Assembly: GCA_902538185.1 (NCBI GenBank)
Contig: CACBED010000001.1
Span: 111,434-175,433 of the forward strand
DNA length: 64,000 nucleotides
DNA from: an uncultured OCS116 cluster bacterium
GTDB lineage: Bacteria; Pseudomonadota; Alphaproteobacteria; Rhizobiales; TMED25
Reading direction: 5' to 3'
The position numbers were made by a program, and so were the translations under genes. The notes below the pieces were generated by a model. That model worked only from the letters and a program-made list of their open reading frames with translations, was not told where the DNA came from and searched no databases. Within the stretch, counting starts at the first letter, position 1. Every line of letters starts with the position of its first letter. Below are positions 9,860 to 20,463 of this stretch, in pieces.

Positions 9860-10804
9860 CTTTCTTAATGAAATTTGATTTACAGAATGATTTTCTGACT
9901 TTCTAAGTATTAAGTTAGCTCTTTGCCTAGTTGGTAAAATATTTTCTATCAAATTCACGTAATTTATTTTTTCCCAAAGTGACGTTGCTTCATTAACTGC
10001 TTCTTCATCTGATAAATATGAATATTTATTAAAATATGATTTTTCCTCCTTAAAAGCAGTTGACTTCAGTTTTAAAAATCTCTGAATGTACCAATTTTTT
10101 ATATTCACTTCATCTGCATCAACAAATATTGAAAAATCAAAAAAATCGGATACGTACGGAATGGCGTTGCCATCTCTTGGGAGCGGGGCCGGTTGAAGAA
10201 CATTTAAGCCCTCGATAATAAGTATATCGGGTTTATTTACGTTAATAAATTCACCAGGAACATTGTCATAGAGCAAATGCGAATAAACAGGTGCTTTAAC
10301 ATTTGATTTTCCGGATTTAACCGAATTTAAAAAATCAAGTAATAGTGTTAGGTTGTAGCTTTCAGGAAATCCCTTACGCTCCATTAAAGATCTCTTTTCA
10401 AGATTGTTATTACTCATCAAAAAACCATCTGTATTGACAAGTGATACTGTTATATTATCTGACCATTTAGATAATAATGCTTGAAGAATTCTTGACGTTG
10501 TGCTTTTTCCAACAGCAACAGAGCCCCCAATACCAATAATAAATGGTACTTTAAAATTTTTTTTTCCTAAAAATAAATTAGTTGCTTCAAATAATTTTTC
10601 CGTACCAGATATATATAGATTTAAGAGTCGAGAAATTGGTAAATACACATCTCTTACCTCATCTATTGACATAGGCTCATTTAAGCCCCTGAGCTCTATT
10701 ATTTCATTTTCAGTTAGATTTAAAGTGGCGCCAAAACCCAAATCAGCCCATTCTTCTTTTGAAAAAATTATATAAGGTGAATTTAGATTTTTTGATTGAC
10801 ACAT
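9854..10804 (-). CDS. coaA: type I pantothenate kinase
   Basis: P-loop GIGGSVAVGKSTTSR and length and architecture typical of CoaA. Its stop overlaps the convergent PfkB stop by 6 nt. Confidence 0.92.
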   Translation of the reverse strand: MCQSKNLNSPYIIFSKEEWADLGFGATLNLTENEIIELRGLNEPMSIDEVRDVYLPISRLLNLYISGTEKLFEATNLFLGKKNFKVPFIIGIGGSVAVGKSTTSRILQALLSKWSDNITVSLVNTDGFLMSNNNLEKRSLMERKGFPESYNLTLLLDFLNSVKSGKSNVKAPVYSHLLYDNVPGEFINVNKPDILIIEGLNVLQPAPLPRDGNAIPYVSDFFDFSIFVDADEVNIKNWYIQRFLKLKSTAFKEEKSYFNKYSYLSDEEAVNEATSLWEKINYVNLIENILPTRQRANLILRKSENHSVNQISLRKL

Positions 10805-10813
10805 ATGATAAAA

Positions 10814-11149
10814 TTAAGATTTTCTAGATTTTTTTTCTTCATGACCTGATATACCTCTTCTTCGCATAAGTTCGCCACACACATCGTCAATACTTAAATT
10901 ACCTTGCTCAAGCAATACCATTAAGTGATAAATCAGATCTGCAGCCTCTTTTTTAAGGTTCTCTTTGTCCTTCGACAGCGCTGCAATTATGACTTCAGAT
11001 GCTTCTTCACCGATTTTTTTAGATAAATACTCAATGTCACCGATTAATTTTGCAGTATATGAAAATTCTGCGTCCTTAAAAGCGTTATTCTTTATTGTTT
11101 TCGTAAGCTTTTGTAAATAATCTATATTTTTCATTGAGTTTTCAGACAT
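10814..11149 (-). CDS. hisE: phosphoribosyl-ATP pyrophosphatase
   Basis: MazG-like helices with EEASEV...EAADLIYHLMVLL. Follows hisF. Confidence 0.9.
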   Translation of the reverse strand: MSENSMKNIDYLQKLTKTIKNNAFKDAEFSYTAKLIGDIEYLSKKIGEEASEVIIAALSKDKENLKKEAADLIYHLMVLLEQGNLSIDDVCGELMRRRGISGHEEKKSRKS

Positions 11150-11157
11150 AAATCCCC

Positions 11158-11916
11158 CTATCTAACGTTGATGCCTCGTTTCTTCATATATTGCTTGGCT
11201 TCATTAATTGTGTATTCCCCAAAATGAAAAATGGAGGCTGCTAAAACAGCGTCGGCATGCCCCAGCTTTATACCATCAACTAGATGTTGAAGGTTGCCAA
11301 CTCCGCCGCTTGCAATAACTGGAACATTCACAATATCTGTAATTTTTTTAATGAGTATATTGTCAAATCCAGATCTTGTTCCATCTTTATCCATCGATGT
11401 GATTAAGAGCTCACCCGCACCCAATGATACAATTCTTTCAACATAATGCAACACATCAATCTCAGTGTTAATTCTGCCTCCATGAGTATAAACTTCCCAC
11501 TTATTCTGTGCATCATTTTTTTTTGCGTCAACAGCAACCACGATACATTGAGAGCCATACTTGTCTGCTGCATATCGCACAAAATTATTATCTTTAACTG
11601 CTGCTGAATTAACTGATACTTTATCGGCTCCAGATAGCAATAATGTTCGTATATTTTCTATTTTACTTACTCCACCACCAACAGTTAATGGCATAAAACA
11701 TACCTCAGCAGTCTTTCTTACAATGTCATAGATCGTGTCTCTATTCTCATGGCTTGCGGTAATATCTAAAAAACACACCTCATCAGCACCTTGCTCATCA
11801 TAGATTTTAGCAACTTCAACTGGGTCTCCTGCATCTCTTAGATTTACAAAATTTGTGCCTTTTACTACTCGCCCATTGTTGACATCCAAGCATGGTATTA
11901 TTCTCGACTTTAACAA
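11158..11916 (-). CDS. hisF: imidazole glycerol phosphate synthase, cyclase subunit
   Basis: RIIPCLDV N-terminus, the ...SGGVG... motif, and (beta/alpha)8 barrel repeats. Confidence 0.96.
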   Translation of the reverse strand: MLKSRIIPCLDVNNGRVVKGTNFVNLRDAGDPVEVAKIYDEQGADEVCFLDITASHENRDTIYDIVRKTAEVCFMPLTVGGGVSKIENIRTLLLSGADKVSVNSAAVKDNNFVRYAADKYGSQCIVVAVDAKKNDAQNKWEVYTHGGRINTEIDVLHYVERIVSLGAGELLITSMDKDGTRSGFDNILIKKITDIVNVPVIASGGVGNLQHLVDGIKLGHADAVLAASIFHFGEYTINEAKQYMKKRGINVR

Positions 11917-12651
11917 TTATAAACCCTCACTATTGATAATTTTAAGTGCCTCTATGGGATCTATTTTTTTTTCGTATAGTGCTTTACCGATTATTGCGCC
12001 TTTAAAAATCGAATTCTCATTTGTCTTTAATTTTTTAATATCCTCAATAGAGTTTAAGCCCCCACTTAATATCACCGATATATTAGTTGCCATGGCTAAC
12101 TTTCTGGAACCCCTAAAATTCAATCCTTTGAGCATCCCATCCCTATTTATATCTGTATGTAGGATCGAGTCAATTTCAGTATTCTCATAGTCCTTAATTA
12201 AATCAAAAATATTGACCTCGGTTTGCCTCTTCCACCCCTCTATACATATAAAATCATCTTTGCTATCAAGCGCTAACACAATTTTTTGGGGGTATTTATT
12301 TGCGACTTTCTTCACCAAACTAATATCAGTAATGCTCATTGTGCCTAGAACTAATTTTTCAGCCCCGAGTGATAACCAATAGTCAATCATCTCCGTTGTT
12401 CTGATCCCACCGCCAAGTTGGACCTTTAATTTTGTTTTTTTTATTATTTCCTCAATTATAGGTTTGTTTTTACTTTTACCATTTACGGCGGCATCAAGAT
12501 CAACAATATGGACCCAATCAAAGCCAATTTCTTGGAATTTTATTGCTTGTGAAAGTGGATTACTATTATAAATCTTTGAGTCCCGCATTTCTCCAAGTCG
12601 AAGCCGGACACATTCACCATTTTTAATATCAATAGCTGGAAATAAAATCAT
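11917..12651 (-). CDS. hisA: ProFAR isomerase (1-(5-phosphoribosyl)-5-[(5-phosphoribosylamino)methylideneamino]imidazole-4-carboxamide isomerase)
   Basis: MILFPAIDIKNGECVRL N-terminus. I prefer the ATG at 12651, which overlaps the hisH stop by 1 nt (TAATG), over the TTG at 12663 used in the ORF track. Confidence 0.93.
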   Translation of the reverse strand: MILFPAIDIKNGECVRLRLGEMRDSKIYNSNPLSQAIKFQEIGFDWVHIVDLDAAVNGKSKNKPIIEEIIKKTKLKVQLGGGIRTTEMIDYWLSLGAEKLVLGTMSITDISLVKKVANKYPQKIVLALDSKDDFICIEGWKRQTEVNIFDLIKDYENTEIDSILHTDINRDGMLKGLNFRGSRKLAMATNISVILSGGLNSIEDIKKLKTNENSIFKGAIIGKALYEKKIDPIEALKIINSEGL

Positions 12652-13307
12652 TAGGGACTCCAATTTATAAAATTTTTAATAAATTTCAGACCTATTTTCT
12701 GACTTTTCTCAGGATGGAATTGACATCCAATGATGTTGTCTTTGCCAATTACAGCTGTAATTTCACTGCCATAGTCACAGATACCTAATAAATCTTCCAT
12801 TTTTTTTACTTGAAAATAATAAGAATGAACAAAATATACTATTGTTTCTCCTTTATTCTCTAATCCATTAAAAATGCTGTGAGCTCTATTAAATTTAATA
12901 GTATTCCAACCCATGTGAGGAATTTTAAGTCCCGCTGTGGTTGGTATTTTGTCAACTACCCCTGAAATCCATCCAAAACCTGGTGTAGTTTCGCCCTCAA
13001 ACCCAATATCAGCAAGTAATTGCATCCCAACGCAAATTCCCAGAAAAGGAGCTCCCTCATCTAAAATTTTTTTTTCTAGAGTCGGAACCAGACCGTCTAT
13101 GTTAACGAGTCCAGCTTTACAATCTTTAAATGCCCCAACCCCCGGAAGTACAATACGATCACAGAGCTTTATATCAGCAGCATTGTGTATGCGCAGAATT
13201 TTTATCTCTTTTTTGAGATCTTTTGCGACGGTTTCAAAGGCTTTTGTTGCTGAATGGATATTTCCTGATCCGTAATCAATAATGCCAATTATTTCCATAC
13301 CTTTCAC
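12651..13307 (-). CDS. hisH: imidazole glycerol phosphate synthase, glutamine amidotransferase subunit
   Basis: IIDYGSGN, a catalytic Cys in GICVGMQLL, and the FHPEKS triad motif. Confidence 0.96.
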   Translation of the reverse strand: MKGMEIIGIIDYGSGNIHSATKAFETVAKDLKKEIKILRIHNAADIKLCDRIVLPGVGAFKDCKAGLVNIDGLVPTLEKKILDEGAPFLGICVGMQLLADIGFEGETTPGFGWISGVVDKIPTTAGLKIPHMGWNTIKFNRAHSIFNGLENKGETIVYFVHSYYFQVKKMEDLLGICDYGSEITAVIGKDNIIGCQFHPEKSQKIGLKFIKNFINWSP

Positions 13308-13316
13308 ACAAAGCTA

Positions 13317-13766
13317 TTAAAATATATTAAGAATTGCCTCTTCATCACCGCTACCAGTTCTCGATTTATTTTGAGTGGAATTATCGTTTGGTATGACTTC
13401 ATTTTCTTTGTTATTTCTGTATGTATTGTAAGCACTAATTTGACTCTCTGAAGTAACAATCATCTCTAGCTTATAATCTCTTAAATTCAACAGCCATTCT
13501 CTTATAAGATTGGATTGAAACCCGAAAAAAAGATGAATGAATATGATGCCAAATATCATTATTGTAGATCCAAAATAAATAGAGATAGCATATAATAAGA
13601 ATATTGTTGCGATATAAAAAGGAACTAAAAAGAAATTTTTATTCAATAAAAACCACAATGGTGGACAAATTAACGCTGTGTATGAGATTTTATCCCGATA
13701 AATCAAGATATGCTCGTTGTTATCGTCAAAACCCCTTTTTTTTGTATATATTTCAAATAAGGCCAT
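13317..13766 (-). CDS. small membrane protein (DUF2628-like) embedded in the his operon
   Basis: Hydrophobic segments (LICPPLWFLL, FYIATIFLLYAISIYFGSTIMIFGIIFIHLFFGF). A gene of this type sits between hisB and hisH in many alphaproteobacteria. I moved the start to ATG 13766 to avoid an 80-nt overlap with hisB. Confidence 0.6.
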   Translation of the reverse strand: MALFEIYTKKRGFDDNNEHILIYRDKISYTALICPPLWFLLNKNFFLVPFYIATIFLLYAISIYFGSTIMIFGIIFIHLFFGFQSNLIREWLLNLRDYKLEMIVTSESQISAYNTYRNNKENEVIPNDNSTQNKSRTGSGDEEAILNIF

Positions 13767-13779
13767 AATGAAAAATAAA

Positions 13780-14388
13780 TTATAGAATCCCTTTTGTGGT
13801 TGGAATTGACCCTGGTGTAAGTGGATCAATTGCGATTGCTTCTCTAATGCATCTAGCAAGACCCTTATAACAAGACTCTATGATGTGATGCGCATTACTC
13901 CCATGCAAGTTCTCTATATGTAATGTCATGTCGCTATTATGTGCAAATGCGTAGAACCACTCCTTAAAAAGCTCTGAGTCCATCTCCCCAATCTTTGGTG
14001 ATTTTAGATTCACTGCCCACCTCAGATAAGGTCTGCCTGAAATATCTAATGAAATTTGAGTTAAGGCTTCATCCATTGGAATGATTATGTGCGAAAATCT
14101 TCTTATTCCTGCTTTGTCTCCGAGTGCCTGCTTTATTGCCGTTCCCATTACGATCCCAATATCTTCTGTGGTATGATGCATATCGATGTGCAAGTCTCCT
14201 TCAGCTTTCAGTTCAATATCAAGTAAGCCGTGTCTTGCTACCTGCTCTAACATGTGGTCAAGGAATCCAATTCCTGTATTAATCTTTGATTTACCGGTGC
14301 CATCTAATAGCAATTTACAGGAAATACTTGTTTCTTTTGTTTTTCTCTCTACAAGAGCTTCCCTTTTCTTGTTATCACTCATGATCAA
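13780..14388 (-). CDS. hisB: imidazoleglycerol-phosphate dehydratase
   Basis: RKTKET start of the domain plus HH(T/I)ED and HHIIES metal-binding motifs. Confidence 0.95.
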   Translation of the reverse strand: MIMSDNKKREALVERKTKETSISCKLLLDGTGKSKINTGIGFLDHMLEQVARHGLLDIELKAEGDLHIDMHHTTEDIGIVMGTAIKQALGDKAGIRRFSHIIIPMDEALTQISLDISGRPYLRWAVNLKSPKIGEMDSELFKEWFYAFAHNSDMTLHIENLHGSNAHHIIESCYKGLARCIREAIAIDPLTPGSIPTTKGIL

Positions 14389-14510
14389 TTTCCATTGGTT
14401 AAAATCTTGAATATATATATCACAATCGACATATATATTATAATAAACATATTATTAATATATGTTAAATATGACAAAAGTAGTCGTGTGACTAGAATTA
14501 TAGGGATGAA

Positions 14511-15071
14511 ATGATCGAGCATAACGAAAAGAATATGGTTGGTACAACTATCATCATGGTACGAAAAGGTGATAGTGTTGTGATTGCAGGTGATGGACAA
14601 GTTAGCTTGGGGCAAACAATTATCAAAAATAATGCAAAGAAGGTAAGAAGGCTTGGCCCTGGGCAAGAAGTTATTGCTGGATTCGCTGGCTCAACAGCAG
14701 ATGCCCTTACTTTATTTGACAGATTAGAAGCAAAACTTGAGCAATACCCAACCCAGCTAACAAGAGCTGCTGTTGAATTAGCTAAAGACTGGAGACTTGA
14801 TAGATACCTACGTAGGCTGGAGGCGATGATGCTAGTAGCTGATAATGATTGTAGCTTCGTACTGACGGGTAATGGAGATGTACTTGAACCTGAAGACGGC
14901 GTAATTGCGATCGGATCAGGTGGTAATTACGCTTTAGCAGCAGCAAAAGCATTATTTAACACTGATATAAGTGCACAAGAAATTGCGGAAAAATCTATGA
15001 AAATAGCATCAGAAATTTGTGTCTATACAAACGATAATTTGATTATTGAAAGCATCAAGATAAAGGAGTGA
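14511..15071 (+). CDS. hslV: ATP-dependent protease subunit HslV
   Basis: [11 protein letters not shown] places the catalytic Thr after a short N-terminal extension. Also GSGGNYA. Followed immediately by hslU. Confidence 0.93.
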   Translation: MIEHNEKNMVGTTIIMVRKGDSVVIAGDGQVSLGQTIIKNNAKKVRRLGPGQEVIAGFAGSTADALTLFDRLEAKLEQYPTQLTRAAVELAKDWRLDRYLRRLEAMMLVADNDCSFVLTGNGDVLEPEDGVIAIGSGGNYALAAAKALFNTDISAQEIAEKSMKIASEICVYTNDNLIIESIKIKE

Positions 15072-15072
15072 T

Positions 15073-16380
15073 ATGTCAGACTTTTCGCCACGAGAAATTG
15101 TATCCGAACTAGATAGATTTATTATTGGTCAAAATAAAGCAAAAAGAGCGTGTGCAATAGCTCTGCGAAACCAATGGCGTCGCCAGCAATTAACCGGTCC
15201 ATTAAAAGATGAGATATTACCTAAAAATATACTCATGATAGGACCAACAGGCGTTGGTAAGACAGAAATTTCGCGAAGGCTTGCAAAATTGGCTGATGCG
15301 CCATTTATAAAGGTTGAAGCCACAAAATTTACTGAAGTTGGTTATGTTGGGCGTGACGTTGAACAAATAATACGTGATTTAGTTGAAACGGCCATAGCAA
15401 TGATAAAAGAGAAAAAAAGAAAAGAAGTTGAAGCCAAAGCTCACCTTTTATCAGAGGAAAGAGTTATCAACGCCCTTGTTGGCGAGAATGCATCAGAGTC
15501 AACTAAAGAGTCATTTAGAAAAAAATTGAGAGATGGCGAATTAGACGATAAAGAAATAGATCTAAAAATAAAAGACTCAGCATCAAACATGACATCGTTT
15601 GAAGTACCTGGGATGCCAGGTGCTCAAATGGGTATGCTGAATATTGGTGACATGCTCGGAAAAGCCATGGGTGATAAGTATAAATCAAAAAAGATGCTTG
15701 TAAAAGACAGCTATGAAATTCTACTGCAAGAAGAGTCTGATAATTTACTTGACCACGACACAATTATCCAAGAGGCACTAAAAAGTGTTCAGAATCATGG
15801 TATTGTTTTCATTGATGAGATAGATAAAATCTGCGCTCGTGAAAATCGACAAGGAGCAGATGTAAGCCGTGAAGGAGTTCAAAGAGATTTGCTTCCCTTA
15901 ATTGAAGGTACTTCAGTATCAACAAAACATGGCATTGTAAAAACAGACCATATATTGTTTATTACTTCAGGTGCATTTCACCTTGCAAAACCGTCCGATC
16001 TTCTTCCTGAACTACAAGGTAGACTGCCTATACGGGTTGAGCTTGGAGCTTTATCAAAAGAAGATTTTGTAAGTATATTATCAGATACAGAAGCAAGTCT
16101 GATTAAACAATATATCGCGCTTATGGATACAGAAGGTCTTAAATTAGAATTTTCAAAAGACGCAATAGAAAAAATTGCAGACATTGCTGTAAGTGTAAAT
16201 TCAAATGTTGAGAATATTGGTGCCAGGAGACTTCATACGGTTCTGGAGAGAGTACTCGATGATATAAGCTTCACAGCACCTGATCTTGACGAAAAAAATA
16301 TAAAAATTGATCAAGATTATGTCTCAAGTCATATAGAAGATCTAGCAAATAATGCAGATCTTTCAAAGTTTATTTTATAA
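15073..16380 (+). CDS. hslU: ATP-dependent protease ATPase subunit HslU
   Basis: [15 protein letters not shown], Walker [11 protein letters not shown], Walker [10 protein letters not shown], and a C-terminal LSKFIL. Confidence 0.97.
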   Translation: MSDFSPREIVSELDRFIIGQNKAKRACAIALRNQWRRQQLTGPLKDEILPKNILMIGPTGVGKTEISRRLAKLADAPFIKVEATKFTEVGYVGRDVEQIIRDLVETAIAMIKEKKRKEVEAKAHLLSEERVINALVGENASESTKESFRKKLRDGELDDKEIDLKIKDSASNMTSFEVPGMPGAQMGMLNIGDMLGKAMGDKYKSKKMLVKDSYEILLQEESDNLLDHDTIIQEALKSVQNHGIVFIDEIDKICARENRQGADVSREGVQRDLLPLIEGTSVSTKHGIVKTDHILFITSGAFHLAKPSDLLPELQGRLPIRVELGALSKEDFVSILSDTEASLIKQYIALMDTEGLKLEFSKDAIEKIADIAVSVNSNVENIGARRLHTVLERVLDDISFTAPDLDEKNIKIDQDYVSSHIEDLANNADLSKFIL

Positions 16381-16992
16381 TTAAGTTTTCAAAAGTATGT
16401 AATAGGCGCCTTCTCCGCCGTGCCTTATATTAGCATACCTATAACCATTTATGTTATTTCGAATTTGTGGCAGCCTTAGCCAATTTGGAAGATTCTGATT
16501 TAAAACACCGCGTGAAAATCTAGTGCGATGACCATCATTTGTATTATCTTTTGATATACCCTTACCGGTAATGATTAAAACAATGCTTAAGTTATTCTTT
16601 TTTGCCATCCTCACAAAATTAATAGTGGCATCTTTTGCTTCTTCTTGGTTCATGCCATGCAAATCCAAAGTTGAGTCGATTTTGATTTGACCCCTTGACA
16701 TTTTTTGTTCTAATCTTCGATGGATCCCCGTAAACTCAGCTTTTTCATTTGAGTTATTGTTTGGAATTGTATTAGGTAAGTCTTCATTTATGACTTTTTT
16801 TTGTCTGACCCTTTTTTTGACAGTACTTCGCTCACTGAGATCTCTTGAAATTATTATGTTTTCGTCAATAACACTTTCTTTTTGATTTGTAACTTTGGAT
16901 CTACCAGATTTTTTGATCGGCTCGACCTTATCTAATATCTGACTCCATAATTTCAAATCACTACTTGATATTTTCTTATTATTTTTTTTCAT
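16381..16992 (-). CDS. Smr (MutS2-related small endonuclease) domain protein
   Basis: LDLHGMNQEEA...IITGKG Smr signature in the C-terminal half. The N-terminal half is basic and low-complexity. Confidence 0.8.
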   Translation of the reverse strand: MKKNNKKISSSDLKLWSQILDKVEPIKKSGRSKVTNQKESVIDENIIISRDLSERSTVKKRVRQKKVINEDLPNTIPNNNSNEKAEFTGIHRRLEQKMSRGQIKIDSTLDLHGMNQEEAKDATINFVRMAKKNNLSIVLIITGKGISKDNTNDGHRTRFSRGVLNQNLPNWLRLPQIRNNINGYRYANIRHGGEGAYYILLKT

Positions 16993-17930
16993 ATTCTATC
17001 AAATATAATTATATCCCCTCGGGATTTCATATTTCCAGCATTTTCATCGTTTCCGAAAAAAATATCCCCTCTATGTAGACCCTTTATTGCCGATCCTTTG
17101 TCTTGCGCAAACATTAGTCTCTGGAATCGCTTAAACTTTTTTGAGTCCTTGATTGGGATTTTTGTATCTAGCCAGATAGGGGTGTTAGCATTGTATATTG
17201 ACATGTCAACAGCAAGTGATCTGAAAGGTGTTAACCTTATACCAAGTTGACCCAATGGATGAACATTTAACTCATCCTTCAAGTCTTCTTTAAAAAAAAT
17301 AAATGATTTATTTATGTATTTTTTGGCTAAATTTTCTGGGCTTGAACTCATCCATTTTTTTATCGATCCCATTGATATTTGGGTTTTCTTTATATAGTTA
17401 TTATCTGTCAAGTACCTCCCTATTGATGTATAGTCATAATTATTTTTGCTATTAAATACAAATCTTCGTTCAGTCCCATTTTCAAATTTTAAGTTACCAG
17501 AGCCTTGAATATGCATAAAATATAGACCAATAGGATCTGATAGCCATGCTAAAATTGGAAGATCCCAATATATTTTTTCTTCGAGTTCCCTTCTAGTTAA
17601 GTTTACAAAATTGTCTGATTTGTTTTTTGGAGATCCATACAAAGGGTAGATATATTCGCCTTTTTTATCAGATGAAGCGTTTAGTGATGGTTCAAAGTAA
17701 CCTGTGTAAAGACTTACCTCATTTTGTTTTCTTAAAACTCTATATGGCTGATAGTTCTTTTCAAAATATCTCCGTGCCATATTATTATTTAGCATTTTTT
17801 GATTTAATAAGTCATACTTCGTACTCTTATTTAGAAGCGCAAATGCATCCAAATGATTATCATGCACCCAACCTTTTATATCTTCAAAAGAAACTTTTTG
17901 AAGTTGCTTTGTATTTATTTTATTAATCAT
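16989..17930 (-). CDS. mltA: MltA-family lytic murein transglycosylase homologue
   Basis: MltA-specific domain followed by a 3D domain (FAQDKGSAIKG..RGDIFFG). No signal peptide or lipobox is visible at the N-terminus. Confidence 0.8.
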   Translation of the reverse strand: MINKINTKQLQKVSFEDIKGWVHDNHLDAFALLNKSTKYDLLNQKMLNNNMARRYFEKNYQPYRVLRKQNEVSLYTGYFEPSLNASSDKKGEYIYPLYGSPKNKSDNFVNLTRRELEEKIYWDLPILAWLSDPIGLYFMHIQGSGNLKFENGTERRFVFNSKNNYDYTSIGRYLTDNNYIKKTQISMGSIKKWMSSSPENLAKKYINKSFIFFKEDLKDELNVHPLGQLGIRLTPFRSLAVDMSIYNANTPIWLDTKIPIKDSKKFKRFQRLMFAQDKGSAIKGLHRGDIFFGNDENAGNMKSRGDIIIFDRI

Positions 17931-17942
17931 TATTCGCTTTGG

Positions 17943-18617
17943 TTAATTAAGCCGACTTATTGCTATTACTTTCCAATTGGGATCTTTCGACTTTAAATTT
18001 TTACTAAACGTCCAAACTTCCTTTGTCTTGGCACTATTTCTTTTTGTGGATTTTTCATCATCCTTAAACTCACTAATAATCGAGCTAGTATCAGCATTAA
18101 TACTACAAGTTATACTCGCTATATTTTTCTCTATTTTTATATCATCAATCTGCAATTCGCTAACTTTAATCATACTGTATTCAAGTTTTTGAGCCGCTTC
18201 ATTTCTCGCGTCAATGGAGGCCTTAAAATCGTCATAAAGTTCTTTTCCTAAAAGTGAATTCAAAGTCTTGTGATCTTCTTCCGAGTGCCCTATCAAAATC
18301 ATTTCGTACGCTTTAGTTGCGCCTTCCTTGAAATATTTAAGGTTAAAGCCACTCAATGATTTCTCAAGATACCTCAATTCACTGAGATAACTGCTAATAT
18401 TCTTTTCGTCTTCATGAATTTCGATTAAACTGTCAACATCTTCCTCTTGAGCAGTTTCAGCAGCTTTACTTTTAGGTTCATCAAAGTCTATAATAACAGG
18501 TTTTTCTTGACCAGTTCGTCGACCAAGCACAGAGCGTAACATTATCAGTATGAATATTACAACTATGAGCAGTATTAAATTTATGATATCAAACATATTG
18601 GACTTAAAAGTTTTCAC
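17943..18617 (-). CDS. Tim44-like domain membrane protein
   Basis: N-terminal TM helix followed by a Tim44-like C-terminal domain. Divergent from secB, as in other alphaproteobacteria. Confidence 0.7.
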   Translation of the reverse strand: MKTFKSNMFDIINLILLIVVIFILIMLRSVLGRRTGQEKPVIIDFDEPKSKAAETAQEEDVDSLIEIHEDEKNISSYLSELRYLEKSLSGFNLKYFKEGATKAYEMILIGHSEEDHKTLNSLLGKELYDDFKASIDARNEAAQKLEYSMIKVSELQIDDIKIEKNIASITCSINADTSSIISEFKDDEKSTKRNSAKTKEVWTFSKNLKSKDPNWKVIAISRLN

Positions 18618-18738
18618 ATACCTATAATATTATATACGTATTACAAAAATAATTAAAAATATTTTATCGGATTTTTCAAGTAATTGACCCAATGCCACTA
18701 TCTGCTATGATATAAGTTGTAAGTTTTTATTTGTTGCT

Positions 18739-19176
18739 ATGAATGATGAATTAAAAAGCGGGTTTAAATTTCTGAGCCAATACGTTAAGGAACTATCTTT
18801 CGAAAACCCAAACGTCCCAAGAAAACTTCCTCATATGATGGCAAAGCCAGACATCAACGTCAGCGTTAATGTCAATGCGGCAACTTTAGATAAAGAAAAT
18901 AGTATTTATGAAGTCGAAATAAGCACCAAGGCAACATCTACAATTGATGATGAGCCATGTTTTATTATTGATTTGTCTTATGCATGCGTTGTTCAGCTCA
19001 ATAATATTGAACAAAATAACAAATCATTTGTCATACTTGTCGAAATCCCGAGGATGCTCTTCCCATTTGTGAGAAGAATAATTGCTGATAGTGTAAGAGA
19101 TGGTGGATTCCCTCCACTTTATATTGAACCAATAGACTTTTTAAAGCTTTTTGAAAAAAATATACAGAGAAATTAA
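18739..19176 (+). CDS. secB: protein-export chaperone SecB
   Basis: About 145 aa with YVKELSFENP and the LFPFVRRIIADSVRDGGFPPL signature. Confidence 0.93.
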   Translation: MNDELKSGFKFLSQYVKELSFENPNVPRKLPHMMAKPDINVSVNVNAATLDKENSIYEVEISTKATSTIDDEPCFIIDLSYACVVQLNNIEQNNKSFVILVEIPRMLFPFVRRIIADSVRDGGFPPLYIEPIDFLKLFEKNIQRN

Positions 19177-19178
19177 TT

Positions 19179-19868
19179 CTAGTCTTTTTTTGACCATAAT
19201 GCCTTTTTCACAAAATTCTTGGTAAATTCACGGTGTTTAGCAAGCTCTTCAGGTGTAAGCTCCTGTGGTGGCCGTCTCTCACGAAGAGCTCTACTTACAT
19301 TATCATCAAGCAGACTTTTATTAGGCTCATCTTCGTGTAATTCGAAATTACTCTGTCGGCCGCCTATTAATTCAATATAAACCTGTGCTAATAGTTCGCA
19401 GTCAGATTTTGCGTCATGCAGACCTCTTTTTTGTTCAGCTATGTTATATCGTCTACATAACGCATCAAGGTTATTTGGCATACCAGGATGTTTTGCTCTT
19501 GCAATAGCAAGAGTATCAATAACCTTGTCATCCGCGATTATTTTTTTGCTCTCAAGAGATAATTCATGATTTAGAAAACCAACATCAAAAGATGCATTAT
19601 GCGCTAAAACAGGTGAGTCAGCAATAAATTCAAGAAAATTATCCGCAACTTCATCGAAAATTGGCTTTTCACTTAAAAAATCATTTGATATGCCGTGCAC
19701 CTTAAAAGCCCCTTCGGATATTTCTTTTCCATTTGGATTCACGTACTCATGAAAATATTTATCTGTTGGTATATGATTAATTAGCTCCAAGCATGCAATC
19801 TCAATAATTTTATCACCTTTTTTTGGGTCTAAACCAGTTGTTTCTATATCAACAACAATTTCTCTCAT
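19179..19868 (-). CDS. dnaQ: DNA polymerase III epsilon subunit (3'-5' proofreading exonuclease)
   Basis: Exo I VVDIETTGLDP, Exo II HNASFDVGFL, and Exo III HDAKSDCELLAQVY. Confidence 0.95.
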   Translation of the reverse strand: MREIVVDIETTGLDPKKGDKIIEIACLELINHIPTDKYFHEYVNPNGKEISEGAFKVHGISNDFLSEKPIFDEVADNFLEFIADSPVLAHNASFDVGFLNHELSLESKKIIADDKVIDTLAIARAKHPGMPNNLDALCRRYNIAEQKRGLHDAKSDCELLAQVYIELIGGRQSNFELHEDEPNKSLLDDNVSRALRERRPPQELTPEELAKHREFTKNFVKKALWSKKD

Positions 19869-19881
19869 TTTAGATACTCGC

Positions 19882-20463
19882 TTATCTATTTAACGTGTTT
19901 ACAATTTTATCAATATTATTTCTGGTCGTGGCTTCATCCAGATTATTAATTATGAAATCTGATCTTTGAATCTTTTCATTATTTGGTATCTGGTTTGCTA
20001 CTATCGACAAATACTTCTCTTTATTCATGTTTTTTCTTGATAGTGCTCTTTTTTCTTGAATATCCTCCGACACATCAACAAGTATAATTTTGTCAAACTC
20101 ATGCTCCAAGTTTTTTTCAAAAAGCAAAGGTACCTCGATAACCACAAATTTGGACTTTTTATCCAGCTCTTGGTTTATAAAATTATCTCTTTCTATCTTA
20201 ACAAGAGGATGGATATAATTCTCTAATTTTTCTAGTTTTATACTATCTTTAAACACAATATCCGCGATATCTTCTTTACTAAACTCATTACCGCTAACAA
20301 GTATCTCATCTTTTATAAAATTATTTAAATCAACATTATGTCTATAAATCTCTTTGACGCATTCGTCAGAACTAAATACAGGTATATTATATTCAGTCTT
20401 AAATATGCTTAAAACAAACGATTTCCCAACAGCTATTGATCCCGTTAAGCCAATTTTGATCAT
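19882..20463 (-). CDS. coaE: dephospho-CoA kinase
   Basis: IGLTGSIAVGKS P-loop; about 190 aa; conserved position between maf and dnaQ. Confidence 0.92.
   Translation of the reverse strand: MIKIGLTGSIAVGKSFVLSIFKTEYNIPVFSSDECVKEIYRHNVDLNNFIKDEILVSGNEFSKEDIADIVFKDSIKLEKLENYIHPLVKIERDNFINQELDKKSKFVVIEVPLLFEKNLEHEFDKIILVDVSEDIQEKRALSRKNMNKEKYLSIVANQIPNNEKIQRSDFIINNLDEATTRNNIDKIVNTLNR

Noticed and set aside
13317-13859. A 180-aa version of the DUF2628-like ORF overlapping the 3' end of hisB by 80 nt.
   Set aside because: The N-terminal 31 residues are just the alternative frame of hisB. An internal ATG at 13766, 13 nt after the hisB stop, gives a compact non-overlapping gene.
14389-14510. Possible sigma-32 promoter for hslVU (perfect CTTGAA at 14406-14411).
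   Set aside because: No CYTATNT or CCCCAT-like -10 element occurs at 13-18 nt spacing. The nearest CATATAT is 20 nt from CTTG.
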